Source: the human T2T-CHM13v2.0 reference genome, Homo sapiens
Strand: one strand, 5' to 3'
Assembly: GCF_009914755.1 (NCBI RefSeq)
Contig: NC_060944.1
Length of the DNA: 64,000 nucleotides
The position numbers were made by a program, and so were the translations under genes. Positions 14,080 to 28,759 of the stretch are shown in pieces. Numbering within the stretch: the first letter of the stretch is position 1; each line of letters opens with the position of its first letter. The notes below the pieces were generated by a model that worked only from the letters and a program-made list of their open reading frames with translations, did not search any database and was not told where the DNA came from.

Positions 14080-14640
14080 AATTTGGGATCAGACATAAGA
14101 TAACCCTAATTTGACTCCTGGCTCTGCTATTTCCTAACTATGTCCAAGTACATAGGGTACTTAACCATGCTTTACATTTTCTCGTCTATCAAATAGTGAT
14201 TGTAATAATTTCAACTCCTAAGACTGATGTAAGAATTAAATTTAAAAAGTATGTAATGTGCTTAATAGACAGTGACTTGGTATAAAAGTGCTCAGTATAT
14301 GACAGTGTTATTAATATGGAAAGATGATCTAGATTTCGACACAAAAGCCCTCAGTTATGACTAGATACTCACTGTATGATTTTAGGTTACTCACCTCTTT
14401 TACACTAACTCACTTGATAAATCAGGAACTGGGGCCAAAAAGATGGCTAAGTTGCAGCCCCTTCCCTCAAGTCTTAGTAATGTGATCTTGGGTAGGTCAC
14501 TTAACCTCTCTGAGCCTGTTTCCTACGCTGTCCAAAGGGGGATAATATAATACCTCACAGCTTTGTTGTGAGGATTAAATGAGTTACTGTGTGGGAATTG
14601 TGTCTAGCACATAGTAACCTCTCACTGCGTTAGCTATGAT
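14080..14640 (+). mobile_element. MIR fragments
   Basis: GTCACTTAACCTCTCTGAGCCTGTTTCC..GTTGTGAGGATTAAATGAG core. Confidence 0.7.
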
Positions 14641-14931
14641 TATGATTCCAGTCTGGAGGAAGGGTAAAAGCATGTAAGCAAAGAACTGCAATACAGTGCA
14701 ATAAGAGCAAAAGCAGGCATCAACTAGAAGAACGTCTCCTAAACTAGAGTCTGCCCACAACTAGGAAGTTATACCACGATCAGGAAATTTTAAAACCCTC
14801 TTATGTCTATAACTTAACTCCCTACCATCACCCCCGTGGCAGTAAGAAAAACAAAATTTCTCTGCTGCTTTGATACCTGGGATTTAAAACTTAAAAAAAA
14901 AATAGGGTCAAGGTTTAGAGTCTCAGATAGT

Positions 14932-15188
14932 GTTTTGTTTTGTTTCAGAGAAGAGTCTCGCTCCATCGCCCAGGCTGGAGTGCAGTGGCACGATCATAGC
15001 TCACTGTAACCTCTAACTCCTGGGCTCAAGGTATCCTCTCGCGTAGCTGGAACTGCAGGTGAGCGTCACCATGCCTGGCTAATTTTCGCTGTTACCCAGG
15101 CTGGTCTTGAACTCCAGTCCTCAAGCTATCCTCTCGCCTCGGCCTCCCAAAGGGTTGGGATTACAAGCAAGAGACGTTGCGCCAGGCC
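14932..15188 (-). mobile_element. Alu (AluJ-like, internally deleted)
   Basis: Antisense Alu lacking part of the linker; approximate TSD CTCARATAGTG. Confidence 0.88.
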
Positions 15189-15747
15189 TCAAATAGTGTG
15201 TCTCAACATGAGGTCAACAGACACATTGGGAAGGCTAAGTTAGTTCCCTCCACCTTTTCCCTAAAGTTAACACCTCACTTAAGTTCGAAAAAGTCAACTG
15301 GACCCGCAGACGGCAAAAGCAGCACGTAATAATACCCTGAGTGAGAACCCACTTAAGAGCCGAGAGCCCAAATGTGTGTTTCATGACGGCGCTGTTACAG
15401 ACTAAAAGGTCAAAACAGGACATTAAAGGGTGCTCCGGGGGGCTGAGTAGGAGCTCACCAGGTGAGAAAGGGGATGTCACTTTCGGACAGAGAACGAGCG
15501 CCAGGGCGTGGAGGCGTGAAAAGGGCACGTGGGTGGCTTGGAAGAACCAAAACTAAGTGTTTTGGGGGACAGCCAGAGAGCCGAACACATATGGAGGAAA
15601 GATGCGGCCTGGGGCCCGCCAGATTAGAAAGGAAATCCCCCTCCCATATCCAGATCATGATCTCTCAGACTCAATGTCCCCTCAGGATACCCCTCTACAG
15701 GGTCCCAGCTGCTGGGCTCCCTCTGGTTCCCGCCACTCTTCCCTTAC

Positions 15748-15800
15748 CTCGTCTTCCAGCCTTTCTCTCACTCTCCCGCCTCCTCTGCCTCGCCGGAAGT
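15748..15800 (-). other. TTI1: Non-coding first exon of the divergent gene, probably TTI1 (5' end approximate)
   Basis: Minus-strand donor GAG|GTAAGG (plus CCTTACCTC 15742-15750) at the CpG island edge beside an ETS motif; gene identity from recalled head-to-head TTI1/RPRD1B arrangement, not from coding sequence. Confidence 0.7.
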
Positions 15801-16291
15801 GACGCGCTAAGTAGCGCGCCGTATCGCGCCAGAAAGGTTCCGAGGGAGCGGGAAAAAGGGTTCCGGCGAGATCCACTGCGCCGGTGTGCAGGCTCGAGCG
15901 GTCAAAGCTCTTTCCGGGGGCCCGGGGAACTACTCTCCTTGCCTCGCTCTGTCTCCTTCGAAGTGCTCTGCGCGAGGTTCAGAGCGGCCGCCGCCTCCAA
16001 AGGGACGGTTTTCTAGAGCTCCGACGCCTCTCGGTGCCCCTCTGCTCCGGCCCTTGCCCTTTGACCTCGCTCTCGCGGCAGGGTGAGAGGTCGGGTGGCC
16101 ATCTTGTGGCGGCGGCGCGGGCGGCTGTTACTGCGGAGACCCATCCCCTCCCCCTTCTCGCACCCCTGGCAGTCTGTCAGTCGGTAAAAAGTCCCGCAGC
16201 CTGTCAGGTGAGGCCCCGGCCTCGTGCCGTCGCTCTTCCCGCCGCACTGGGCGGCCCAGGCCGCTCCCTGCCGGGCCTCACTGCCGCCACC

Positions 16292-16442
16292 ATGTCCTCC
16301 TTCTCTGAGTCGGCGCTGGAGAAGAAGCTCTCGGAGCTGAGCAACTCTCAGCAGAGCGTGCAGACCCTGTCCCTTTGGCTCATCCACCACCGCAAGCACG
16401 CGGGACCCATCGTCTCCGTGTGGCACCGCGAGCTCCGCAAAG
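16292..16442 (+). CDS. RPRD1B: RPRD1B coding exon 1 (MSSFSESALEKK...HRELRK; start of CID/RPR domain)
   Basis: Consensus Kozak GCCGCCACC-ATG at 16283-16294; translation matches the recognised RPRD1B N-terminus; donor AAG|GTAAAC at 16443; 151 nt, phase 1. Confidence 0.97.
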
Positions 16443-18103
16443 GTAAACACCAAATCCCCACCCCCTGGACGGTCCCCGGATTGTCCTCTCGCCCACATAC
16501 AACCTAGGCCCCTCTAAGCCTCTTCATTGAGCCTTGCTTTCCAGGCCTGATCGAGCTTCTGAGATGGGAGACAAAGTTAGCCCCATTTCTCGAAGAAGGA
16601 AACTGAGGCCCGGGAAGGTTTAAGGTACTTGCCTGAGGGTCCACGGACTGGGACTCAGGTGTCCAGACTTCTAGTTCATCAAGCCATTTTCCCTTCAGTT
16701 TCCCCCTGACATTTGTGGCTGTTATTATCTCGGCTGCATTCACTGCCGTACTGGCCCTAGCATGTCGGGCCCAGTGCTGGGTATTTGGAGTAAAAGCCAG
16801 TGGGCTCCGGAGTCAGACTCTGCAGATCGAGTCCTGGCTCAGCTATTTGCCAGCTGAATAATACTGGGAGAGTTTCTTCATCTCCCTGTGTCTCCGTTTT
16901 CTCATCTGTAAGAGGGAGGCAAGGATAGCTACCCCTTACAAAGCCTTTACTTCATACCAGTCACTATACTAAGACCTTTGTGTGTATCCTCGCACTCAGT
17001 CCTTAGAACAGCCCTGTGAAGTAGGTAGTCTCTCCCATCTTAGGTTAAGGGGCCACCCAGACCTTACCTCTCCTCTCCTCTCCTCTCTCATGCAGTTGTC
17101 ATTGATTTCAGGCCCTGCTCAGGTTCTGACAGACAATTCATTGAACTCATTCTGTTATGTGCCAGGCACTGGCTTGGACACTTGCAGCATGTTGCCTCTG
17201 CCAACTGCCTAGAATTTAAGCCTGACTTTGCCGCCTTACTGACCCCAGCAACTTAACCTGTCTGTGCCTTAATTTTCTTATCTACAGAATGGATAACTGA
17301 AATTTACTATGTCTTTATTACATGCGAAGTGCAGTACTGATATCTTTACATACATTGCCATTAAAAAAAATTCTCGGAGCCCTATGAAGTAGGAACTTTG
17401 CAGAAGAGGAAAAACTGAGACTCATCTCGTGGTGAGGAGTAAACGGGATAATCCAAATGAACATTTAGCATGGGGTGAGGCACAGTGTAGGCATTCAGCA
17501 GATTATGGTGAGATGAGACTTTTGATTACTCACTGTGAGGCATGGTCTTTACCTTCAAGTTGCTTACAGTCTGGTGGGGAAAGATGGACACCTACACTCC
17601 CGGATGAGTTTCATAATGGAAGACTGAAGAAATGAAGCTCAGAGCTGCTCCAGACACCCTATATGTGGTAGGCCTTTATAGCGAAGTGGCTTTACAAGTG
17701 TTCTATACTATCTGTGAGTTGGGGACACCACAGATGTCCTGCTCTACAGGTGAGGAAACTGAAGTGGCTAAGTGGTATTTTCAAGGCTTTCGAACTGAAC
17801 AGGCTCAGACTACAACAGGCTGGCAAACACCAAAATCTTCATGATTTTTTTCAGGAGACCCAGTTCTAGCCCTTTAGCAGGGACTGCCCCCAAATATCGC
17901 GTACTGTACTGAGATAGGGATCCCCTCAGCCCTTCGGGCAGTTCCGGGAAGAGGTAGAGCCTGGAGTTTATGGGGCCTTCTTCATGTACCCCACTGTGCC
18001 ATTCAGAAATTATTTGAAGAGTGTGCTGAAATGTGAATTGCCACTGTACAGAATTCTATTGGGTGGGACCTCAAGAGGCAGTTAAAGTCCATCTCAGGTG
18101 TCA

Positions 18104-18407
<304 letters not shown>

Positions 18408-18994
18408 AAGTGTCACTTCTTTTGTGACACTTTCTTGATTCCTTGCCTCACCCTAGTTGAGTTACTGAAAAAAAGCAAATTAGAGAGTACATTTGTGTAT
18501 GAAGCTCCGTTATCCCTAATCTTACGTGGTAAAGCCTTATGTTGCAAGTAGGCTAGCATTATTATCCTCATTTTATAGATGAGATGATAAAGGTATAGAG
18601 GGATTAAGTGCCTTGTCCACAGACATACAGCTAGGACATGAGCCCAGGGCTGCCTGATGCCAAAATGTGTTCTTTTTCATGTACTCAGTGCCTCAATGCA
18701 TTTAATAAGTGAAGGTGGTCACCTGACTGCAATCAAACTGTGGTGCTTTCATTTATTAGAATTAATGAGTGCCTCCCACCCCATCATACCAGTTTAGCAT
18801 TTAATTTGTTCCTACTAGCTGTTCATTTGAACTGGTTACATCTTTGTCATTAGATTATGTTTTGAGAGAGGAACTAGACCTTCTTGTTTATTTGCAACAC
18901 CACAGGATATCGCGTGGTGCCTGTTATATAGTTTAAAAATAGGAATTAAATCATGGTCTCTGATAGAATTTTCGTGGTTGAGTAAAGGATCTAA

Positions 18995-19272
18995 ACAGCG
19001 CTATCCAATACAACTTTCTATGATAGCAGCATAAAGGATATAAACAGCGCTATCTAATACAATTTTCTGTGATAATAGCAATGTTTTCTATCTGTGCCAT
19101 CCAACAGGTAGCCGCTTGGTATATGTGGCTATGGAGCACTTAAAATGTGTGACTAAGGAACTAAAGTTTTAAGTAGATAGAATTGAAAATTTAGTTTCCA
19201 GTTTTTACCAGCTGCAATTCAGGTGTTCCAATAGCCACACGTGGCTAGTGGCTAACTTACTGGACAGTGCAG
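18995..19272. mobile_element. MER3-like (hAT) with duplicated end
   Basis: CAGCGCTATCCAATA.. start; CACGTGGCTAGTGGCTA..TGGACAGTGCAG end. Confidence 0.72.
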
Positions 19273-20612
19273 AGTTAAAAAAAGATGCTCTTCCAAGCAT
19301 CAATACCTAGCTTCCGAATATCCAGGCTTATTTCATGAACTGAAAATGCCCCCACACTGAAAGAAAAGGATTCTGTGCCCTAATGTTCAGATTGATTAGC
19401 CCTGTAGGTTCTACCTAGGGTGAAGTCATTTTCCGTAGCTGAGATGCTCACAGACTGTCTCTGAGTTGCCTTCAAAATATATGAGATTTATAAAAATTAA
19501 CTTTTTTTCTTGCTTAAATACTTCTATTCCTGATGTGTTGTCTTTCCATTTTCTAGGAATAATTTTTAATTTATCCCATTTGAGCTCTGTTCTAAGTAGA
19601 ACGTCTCCCCTTCTTTATGGACTAGTTTTGGTGTAAAGTGCTCCTAAATGAATGTTTTTAATGGTGTTTTGTATCTTGGCCTGAATGTAGGTAATGGGCT
19701 TTTATTGCAGAATTACTTTAAGACTTTCTGTAGATGTCAAAACCAGCCAAACAAGTGAAAAGTTTTGATTAACCAGTTGTTTAAATTTTACTCAACAACT
19801 AGTTTGACCAGTTTGGAATGGACATGGGTAGTGAGTGAAAGGACCTATTTCTGTCGTATAGGAAGGACATCTGAACAAGTGAGTTGTCCCCCAGGATTGG
19901 GATGGAGGGGTGTGCATGTTGTGTGTATTGTGACTGTGTGTGCTCAAGAGCTCTAGGGTTTTGTCATATCACCTTGACACACATGGTGCTTATGTTGACT
20001 GTTGAGGATGTTGAATATGGAGGGATACAGTTTATCCTAAATAAATCCCCATTGTTAAGTTCTGGGGTGATGAAAATTAATTGGCATTGTAAACAGTGAA
20101 AACCTTGGGTCTCAAGCCCCTTAGATACCTTGTTTGTCTACTGAGAAGTATATATCAGGTCTTGAATGTCCACACTGACATTTTACAATATGGATTCTAG
20201 GTTTTTTTTTTTTCAACATAAAGTGTATGGAATTTTAAAGCTTCACTTAATGAAATTTGCTTTGTTGAAGTTCTGTTTTGCTTTCGAATCTGCTAACTTG
20301 CATGGGATTATAGGTGTAGTAGTTTCACTTACATCAACTTTGCAGAGCAAGGTTTGCTTTAACAAAAAAGCACGTTTTGCCATAATCATACCTTTGTAGC
20401 AACAGTAGATATTGTAACTACTGACACTTTTGTTCTGCTTTTGAATAATAATTAGAAAGTTGAAGAAAGCTCCAGGTTCCTAGTATTCTTATCAGTTGGC
20501 CATCTAAACTAGGTTATTACCAGAAGGTTAAGACAATTCAGGGTATCCATATTTAATTTTATGAGCATTTAAGACATCAGTTTCATCAGTTTAAACTGTA
20601 ATGTGCTATTAA

Positions 20613-21141
<529 letters not shown>

Positions 21142-21673
21142 TCCTGTAGCTACATTTTAAAATGTCAGATCTTATGCCTGCTATGTCAGACATATCAATG
21201 CTTTGTACATTTCAAAAGAAACAACTGGTTTCAGAGAGAAATAGAGTTACTCAGGTGTGTTAAGGTTGATAAAGAGCTTGTGTTTTTCAGGTACTTTAGC
21301 ATTGGAGAAAACTTTGTGTTTTGAAACATCTAATTATGTTCTTATTTATTTCTTTTAAAAGAAAATTGGAACCAAAAATTGTAGGGATGTAACTTTATAG
21401 TTGAGAAATTATGTGCATAGAAGCCAGGGAATTCAGTAATGTTCCCCAAAGCAACTGTAACTCAGACATATTGCACGAGGTTTTTATGGTTTAATATATG
21501 ATACCATATAGAGTAATAGGGAATAACCACATTTCATATAAATAAGAGAGAATTATGGTTTTTGTGAAAGCCCTAATTTTGCATATCTAGATTTCACACG
21601 TGTGTAAATTTTCAATAAGAGTGTAGTGTTAATGTATACTTGTATTTGAGCTAATATCTATTGGTGCACCTAG

Positions 21674-22069
<396 letters not shown>

Positions 22070-22078
22070 TAACTCAGT

Positions 22079-22377
22079 CTTTTTTTTTTTTTTTTGAGAC
22101 AGAGTCTTGCTCTATTGCCCAAGCTGGAGTACAGTAGTGCAATCTCGGCTCACTGCAACCTCCACCTCCTGGGTTCAAGCGATTCTCCTGCCTCAGCCTC
22201 CTGAGTAGCTGGGACTACAGGTGCCCACCATCACACCCGGCTAATTTTTGTATCTTTAGTAGAGGTAGGGTTTCACCATGTTGGCCAGGCTGGTCTCAAA
22301 CTCCTGACCTCAAATGATCCACCCACCTCGTCCTCCCAGAGTGCTGAGATTACAGGCATGAGCCACTGCGTCCGGCC
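22079..22377 (-). mobile_element. Alu (AluS)
   Basis: TSD AACTCAGTCTTT. Confidence 0.93.
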
Positions 22378-22778
22378 AACTCAGTCTTTCATTCTGAAAT
22401 ATTTGATAATTAAAAGTGAGTTAGAAGTTGCTCATTTTTGCAGTAGAATAAATAAAAGCCCTAGTTTCAACATTAACACTGACTGCTTATCCTTTAGGAA
22501 TTCTCTTTGGATTATCTTAATTTTTACTATCAATTAATTACCCTGGTTTAAACAACACAGCAATGAAGATGGCCCATTCTTTTTCTTTTTCTTTTTTTTT
22601 TTTCCGAAATGGTATTCCCAAACCTATTCCTTAGGTGGTCTTTTTAAACATATCTACTTGACCCCCCAGGTAGATAATACTTGTCTTAATGTTTTTTTAG
22701 GAGCAGCCCAGGGCAAAAGAATTGTGAATTGAGAATTTCTTTGGTGTAAGTTAAATTCTTTTCTTTTCTTTTTTTCAG

Positions 22779-22908
22779 CCAAATCAAATAGAAAGCTTAC
22801 TTTTCTGTATTTAGCGAATGATGTCATCCAAAACAGTAAAAGGAAAGGACCTGAATTCACTAGAGAATTTGAATCTGTCCTTGTGGATGCTTTTTCTCAT
22901 GTTGCCAG
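22779..22908 (+). CDS. RPRD1B: RPRD1B coding exon 2 (AKSNRKLTFLYLANDVIQNSKRKG...HVAR)
   Basis: Long polypyrimidine tract then CAG; contains the CID hallmark LYLANDVIQ; donor AG|GTATGT; 130 nt, frame consistent. Confidence 0.97.
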
Positions 22909-24496
22909 GTATGTTGTCTGTTTTTTGGATTTGTTTTTAAATTCATTGCCTTTCCCACCTTTTTGTTCTTTCCTTTTCTGTGATAGCCTTTGTAAATTGA
23001 CAACTTCCTACTTTACAGAGAGTTGTGGAGGCCGAATTGTGGTTTTATGTTTTGTTGAGCCCTCAAGAACTATCGAGACATGTAAACATTCTGATACATT
23101 TGAGAGATTCAGCCTAGCATTATCTTTCTTCTAGATATATTCATTTTCATTTTTTGAATTTATTTCTTGGTTATGGTATTTTCCTTGGTTTGGTTGAGTT
23201 GTCTCATCAGCTTATGATCAAAAAACAAAGCTAACTAGTAAGGGAACCTTTTAGTAACATAACTTAATAGCAAGAAATTAATTGCCAAATGCCTTCCTTT
23301 TTATTTCCTTCTGGATTTCTAGATGTCTAGTTTACTAAAAATAGTAGGCATTACTGTAACTGCAATAATAGTAATTATTAGTGTAGAAAGTAGGTGTTTG
23401 CTCTGGCTATATTGTATTAAGCCTGGTGCTGTTGTGTTTTGTGGCAGAGAGGAGTGGCACTCATACAACTAATACCATAGAAAGCATACATTGGATTAAA
23501 AGTTTTATAAATTACTTTACTTCATGTAAAAACAAAAGCTTTCTGTGGGCTTAAATTAGGTGCCCAGGAAAAGCAAAGAAAAACTATCGTTCATTAGAAT
23601 ATTATGTTTATAAGTAAATATATAAACAGATATTTGCAAAAGGAATTGGGAAACATGAATGGGAGACTAGTAGGTTAAACATAAATTGTTACTAGGTCTA
23701 AAATATAGTGAAAGGCCTTAAATGAGAAATGAAGTCCTGCTTTCATTGCAGGATTTGAAAAGTTTGAAGGAATAAAATTAGAAATCCAAGAGAAAGAAAT
23801 GACACCTAGCTTTCTAGAGATGAAAAAGATGGTTTTTGTGGATAAGTTACATAACTGGCTCACCTTTTGATCAACATGGGCGCAAGTAGCAAAATGTGTT
23901 ATTAACTTGAAAAAAATACTGAATCTTCATAACAGAGTAAGCTTAGAACAGACTACTAGAGGAGCTATCTGAAATAGACAGATTTTCTTGCTTTGATGAG
24001 ATTTAGTTCACAGTTGCTTAGAAATTGATGGTAGCTCTGCCTCAGACACTATGTGAGTGACCTTGGATGTGTTACTTAACTTTTTGAGCCCAAATTTCCT
24101 AACTGGCTAAAGGGGGAGGATACCACTCCCCCTCATAAGAGTTGTGAGGGTAAAGACAGACAATATGTTTAAAAGTATGTAGTACAATGCCTGTTCCACA
24201 TTTGCTCATTCATTGGATCATTTGTTTTTTCCTATATTCCAGGCACCTAGTAAAGTGTCTGGCACAGAGCTGCTGAGTTATGTAGCTTGAAGGAATACCA
24301 TTTATATAGCCTCCATGTAAGTGGTGTCCCAGGAGCTGGGCAACATTATGGTCTGCCCTGACACAGTAGGCGTTCAGTAAATATTTGTTAAATGAGTTAA
24401 TTAATGTTAACTCATTATGGAAGAGATTTGGTCTAGGGAGTTGGCTGGAATGATTTCTTGTAGGGATAGTAAACATAACAGTGTTATTAAAAAATT

Positions 24497-24701
24497 CCAG
24501 CCTGGGCAGCATAGTGAGACCCTGTGTCTACAAAAAATTTTTTAAAAATTAGCCAGGCATGGTGGTGTGCACCTGTAGTCCTAGCTACTTGGGAGGCTGA
24601 GGCAGGGGGATTGCTTGAGCCCAGGAGTTCAAAGCTGTAGTGAGCTATAATCATACCACTGCACTCCAGGTTTAGCAACAGAGCATGACCCTGTCTCTAA
24701 A
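24497..24701 (+). mobile_element. 5'-truncated Alu (AluJ-like)
   Basis: End of left arm plus right arm. Confidence 0.88.
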
Positions 24702-25354
24702 TTACAAACAGACAAACGATCTGTAATCTTTAGCTGTCCTGAAACCAAAAAGTAAATAGAAAGGGGTGGAAAAGGGGGTGGGCAACACCAGGGTTAAAAA
24801 TTCCTTTTTTCTTGGGAACACCTTAAAAACTAGCCAGGTTTTAGGTGTCTTGGCAGATTCAGTGGCAGTGTGAGGAAGATAAACCTGGTCCTTCTCAATA
24901 AAATAGCCCGAATTCCTTTCTGTTTGCATTCTGGTTCTTTTAAGATTCTGCTTGGGTATTACATTCAGGATACCCATGTTTCCAATCTCCTTTCTTATAC
25001 CCCATTATTGGGACAGAAAGTCCAACAGTTCTGCTTCAACCGTGATGCAGCTCGTCCACAGTAGGAGTAGCCTAATTAACATATACTTTCTGTGTGCTTT
25101 TTCTGTGGTCAGTTGATGAACAAAGATAGTTGACCCATTACTGTTGACTAAATTGATGAGGGATATTTTTATGATAAAAGACACCTCCACACCCAAAACA
25201 AACAAACAGTAAAAAAAACTCTCAAGTCAGAGAAAGCTGCCAAGTTCATAGGATAGATTTGATTTGAATAGCAGTTTAATTAACCAGACTGCAAACTTGC
25301 TTTTCATACAAGTGCCTTGTTTTCTTCCCAGTGAGGAGACAGCTGTCCATGTCA

Positions 25355-26335
25355 TTTTTCATTCAACATGTATTGGAGTGCCTTCTATGTGCCAAGTATG
25401 GATCCAGACACGGGGGGAGCAGCAGTGAACAAGGCAGGCAAAGACAATTAAATGAGCAAGATACTTTCAGAGCAGGACAATATGGACATAGTAAAATGGA
25501 GTGATGTTCTAGAGTAGGATCTCACAGGTAGTGTGGTTCAGGAAGGCCTCTAAGGAAATGACATTTGCGGTAATCATGCGAAGCGGGAGCAGCTATTAAG
25601 AAAAACTTAAGGCAGAGATCATCTTGGCCTTCTAAGAGAAACAGAATGAAGGCTGGTGTGGTTAGAATATAGTGCACAAAGGGAAAAGTGATATCCAGAT
25701 GAGGTCCGAGAGGTGGACATGCACCAGTCACATACACCCTGTAAGTCTTGGAAGTTAGGATTTTTTTCTCATGGGATGTCATTGAAGAGTTTTAACCAGG
25801 GGAATGATATATTCCAATATATTCCAACATACATTTTTAAAACATCCCTCTTTAAAAATGGCTTAGTGTAGAGGGATGGATTGTAAAGGCCAAGGGAGGG
25901 GCGGGGACATGAGTTTGGAGGATATTGCTGTGATGCAGGCTAGAGGTGACATTGCCTAGGACTCAGAAGCAATGGGAAGATACTAATAGCTTCCATTTAT
26001 TGAGTGCTTCCTTCGTGGGAGGATCCCCACCTCTCCAGTGTAAAACTGATAGGATTTATAGGCGTTGAGTGGGAGCTGGTAGTAAGTGAAAAGAGAAATC
26101 AAAGACGATTTCTAGGTTTTTGATGTAAGGAATGACTGATGGTGCCCTTTACTGAAGTGAAGATTGGGGAAAAGATTTGGTGGAGGAAATCACGAGTTTT
26201 GTTTTGGCCAGGCCGAGTGTGAGGTGGCTAGTGAATATTCCAAGGAGTGATGCCAAATAGGCAGGTGGATAAAATAGTCTGAAGCTCAGTAGAGACTTGA
26301 TTTCTGGAGACATAAATTTGAGAGTTACCCACATG
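25355..26335 (-). mobile_element. L2 fragments
   Basis: TTCATTCAACATGTATTGGAGTGCCTTCTATGTGCC (reverse L2 3' end) and a purine-rich body. Confidence 0.72.
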
Positions 26336-26346
26336 ATATTTACTTA

Positions 26347-27180
<834 letters not shown>

Positions 27181-28759
27181 GCTTTACATGAGGTACTGTT
27201 GGAAGTGTAGGGAATACTTAGAATTCCTGCCCTTAGTAGGCCTACCATAGGCCTGCTGTGCATGAGATAAGACAGAGTTGTACAAATTACTGTGGTTGTA
27301 CTGAAAAAGTGCCATAGAACTGTAGAGGAAGAAAAGGCCCCCAAGGCTGGCTTTGCAGGGACTCAGGTGTCCAGCTGACACGTCAAGCAGCCAATTCTGT
27401 TTGTGTGTATCATATACATTTTTCACTCTTAAAGGTCAGTTTTGCTATCTGTATTGAAAAATAAAGTGATTGAATTTGTTATTAATCAGAATTAAAATAT
27501 GAAGTGTTCAACGTAATATTAAGTTGTGTATGTAATTATTTGCCATCTTCCACTTTATTCATAGATTGTTGGCAAAGATTGTTCAGTCTTTTTTTCCACT
27601 TAAAGATTTCTCAGTTTAGATTGGAGTTAGTACAACCTGAAAATATTTCTCTTTCTGTTATAAAACGGCTTTATTACTTTGGTTGTATCTAATTCCAGAT
27701 GCCAAAGTGACTTCCATTTCGCTGGAGCTACTTCCTTCAAAACCTAATCAGTAGAAAGATTTCTTGAATATTTTATGTATAACTTTGAAACTTATCTAGC
27801 AAAACTTTGATTTACCACAATGTTCAAGGAAATATCTGTCCTGGTTAGTTATATTCACTAATTAAACTAGAACCCCCCTTTTGGCCTTTAGTAGTAAAAG
27901 CCTTTTGAAAATGTTTTGTGGTTATAACAGGTTTGAGCATCATTTTCCACTGTGCCTGAAACTGTACACAAAACCAGTCTTAGCCTGAATGGAGTCCCAA
28001 GTATCTCCAGGAATGGTGGGTGGTGGGTGTGTGTTGTGATACCCACCTACTTTTAAACTAAGTCCTTGATAAGAATTTATTCTCGAGACTGGTTTCTCTT
28101 TCTTTTAAGCGAACAGAGAATCTGCAGCAAACAGATTTTATGCTAAAAGTACCAGCTAGTTCATTAACTAAGTTCTGATTAGTTGCAATTTGGTTTTACT
28201 AATTATAATGACTTTATTTTTCTAAGCTATACATTTGCTCACATTAGGGACCTCCCATTGCCTGCAGGCCACGTGCTTTAATATGGCATTCAGGGCTCGC
28301 TGTAATTGAATTCCACCCTCCTTCCAGATTCTTCTGCAGTTTCCGCACATTCCCCCATATACTTCAGCTACTTGAATTACTCCTTTCCCTTTGCCTTGTT
28401 CAATTTTGGCTATTCCATTTGAAGGAGAAGAGATAGCATGAACAAAGGCACATGCACATGAGAGAACAAATTCTGAGTAGCAAATACATACGGGTGGGTG
28501 TTGCTGGAATGCAAAGTTCCAGGTAGGGTAGGGAAAGGAGACTAAAAACAGGTCTGAGGGATTGCTGAGTCGAGCCCTAGAGGTCAGGACCCAGGCCTTC
28601 TTATTCTTTGTAAACCTTCATTGGTCGAGCTGAGGAGTGCTTAGTTGATTTCTGCCATGACCTTGATACAGTAAGATGATTGTTGAAAGTTAAGTAACTG
28701 TATTACTTACCGAAACCCATATACATTTTTCTGGAAAAGATTACAATTTGACAGATATT

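Larger units (their letters stand above)
15300..16560. promoter_or_regulatory. CpG island / bidirectional promoter
   Basis: Abrupt high GC and CpG density (core ~15770-16500); CCGGAAGTGACG ETS-CRE composite 15793-15804; YY1-like GCCATCTTG 16098-16106; no TATA box seen. Confidence 0.92.

Noticed and set aside
15462-16016. 184-aa plus-strand ORF across the promoter
   Set aside because: GC-rich CpG-island ORF, non-ATG start, no recognisable domain, upstream of the likely TSS
16013-16498. 161-aa minus-strand ORF antisense to RPRD1B exon 1
   Set aside because: Shadow ORF of GC-rich coding/UTR sequence; no homology recognised
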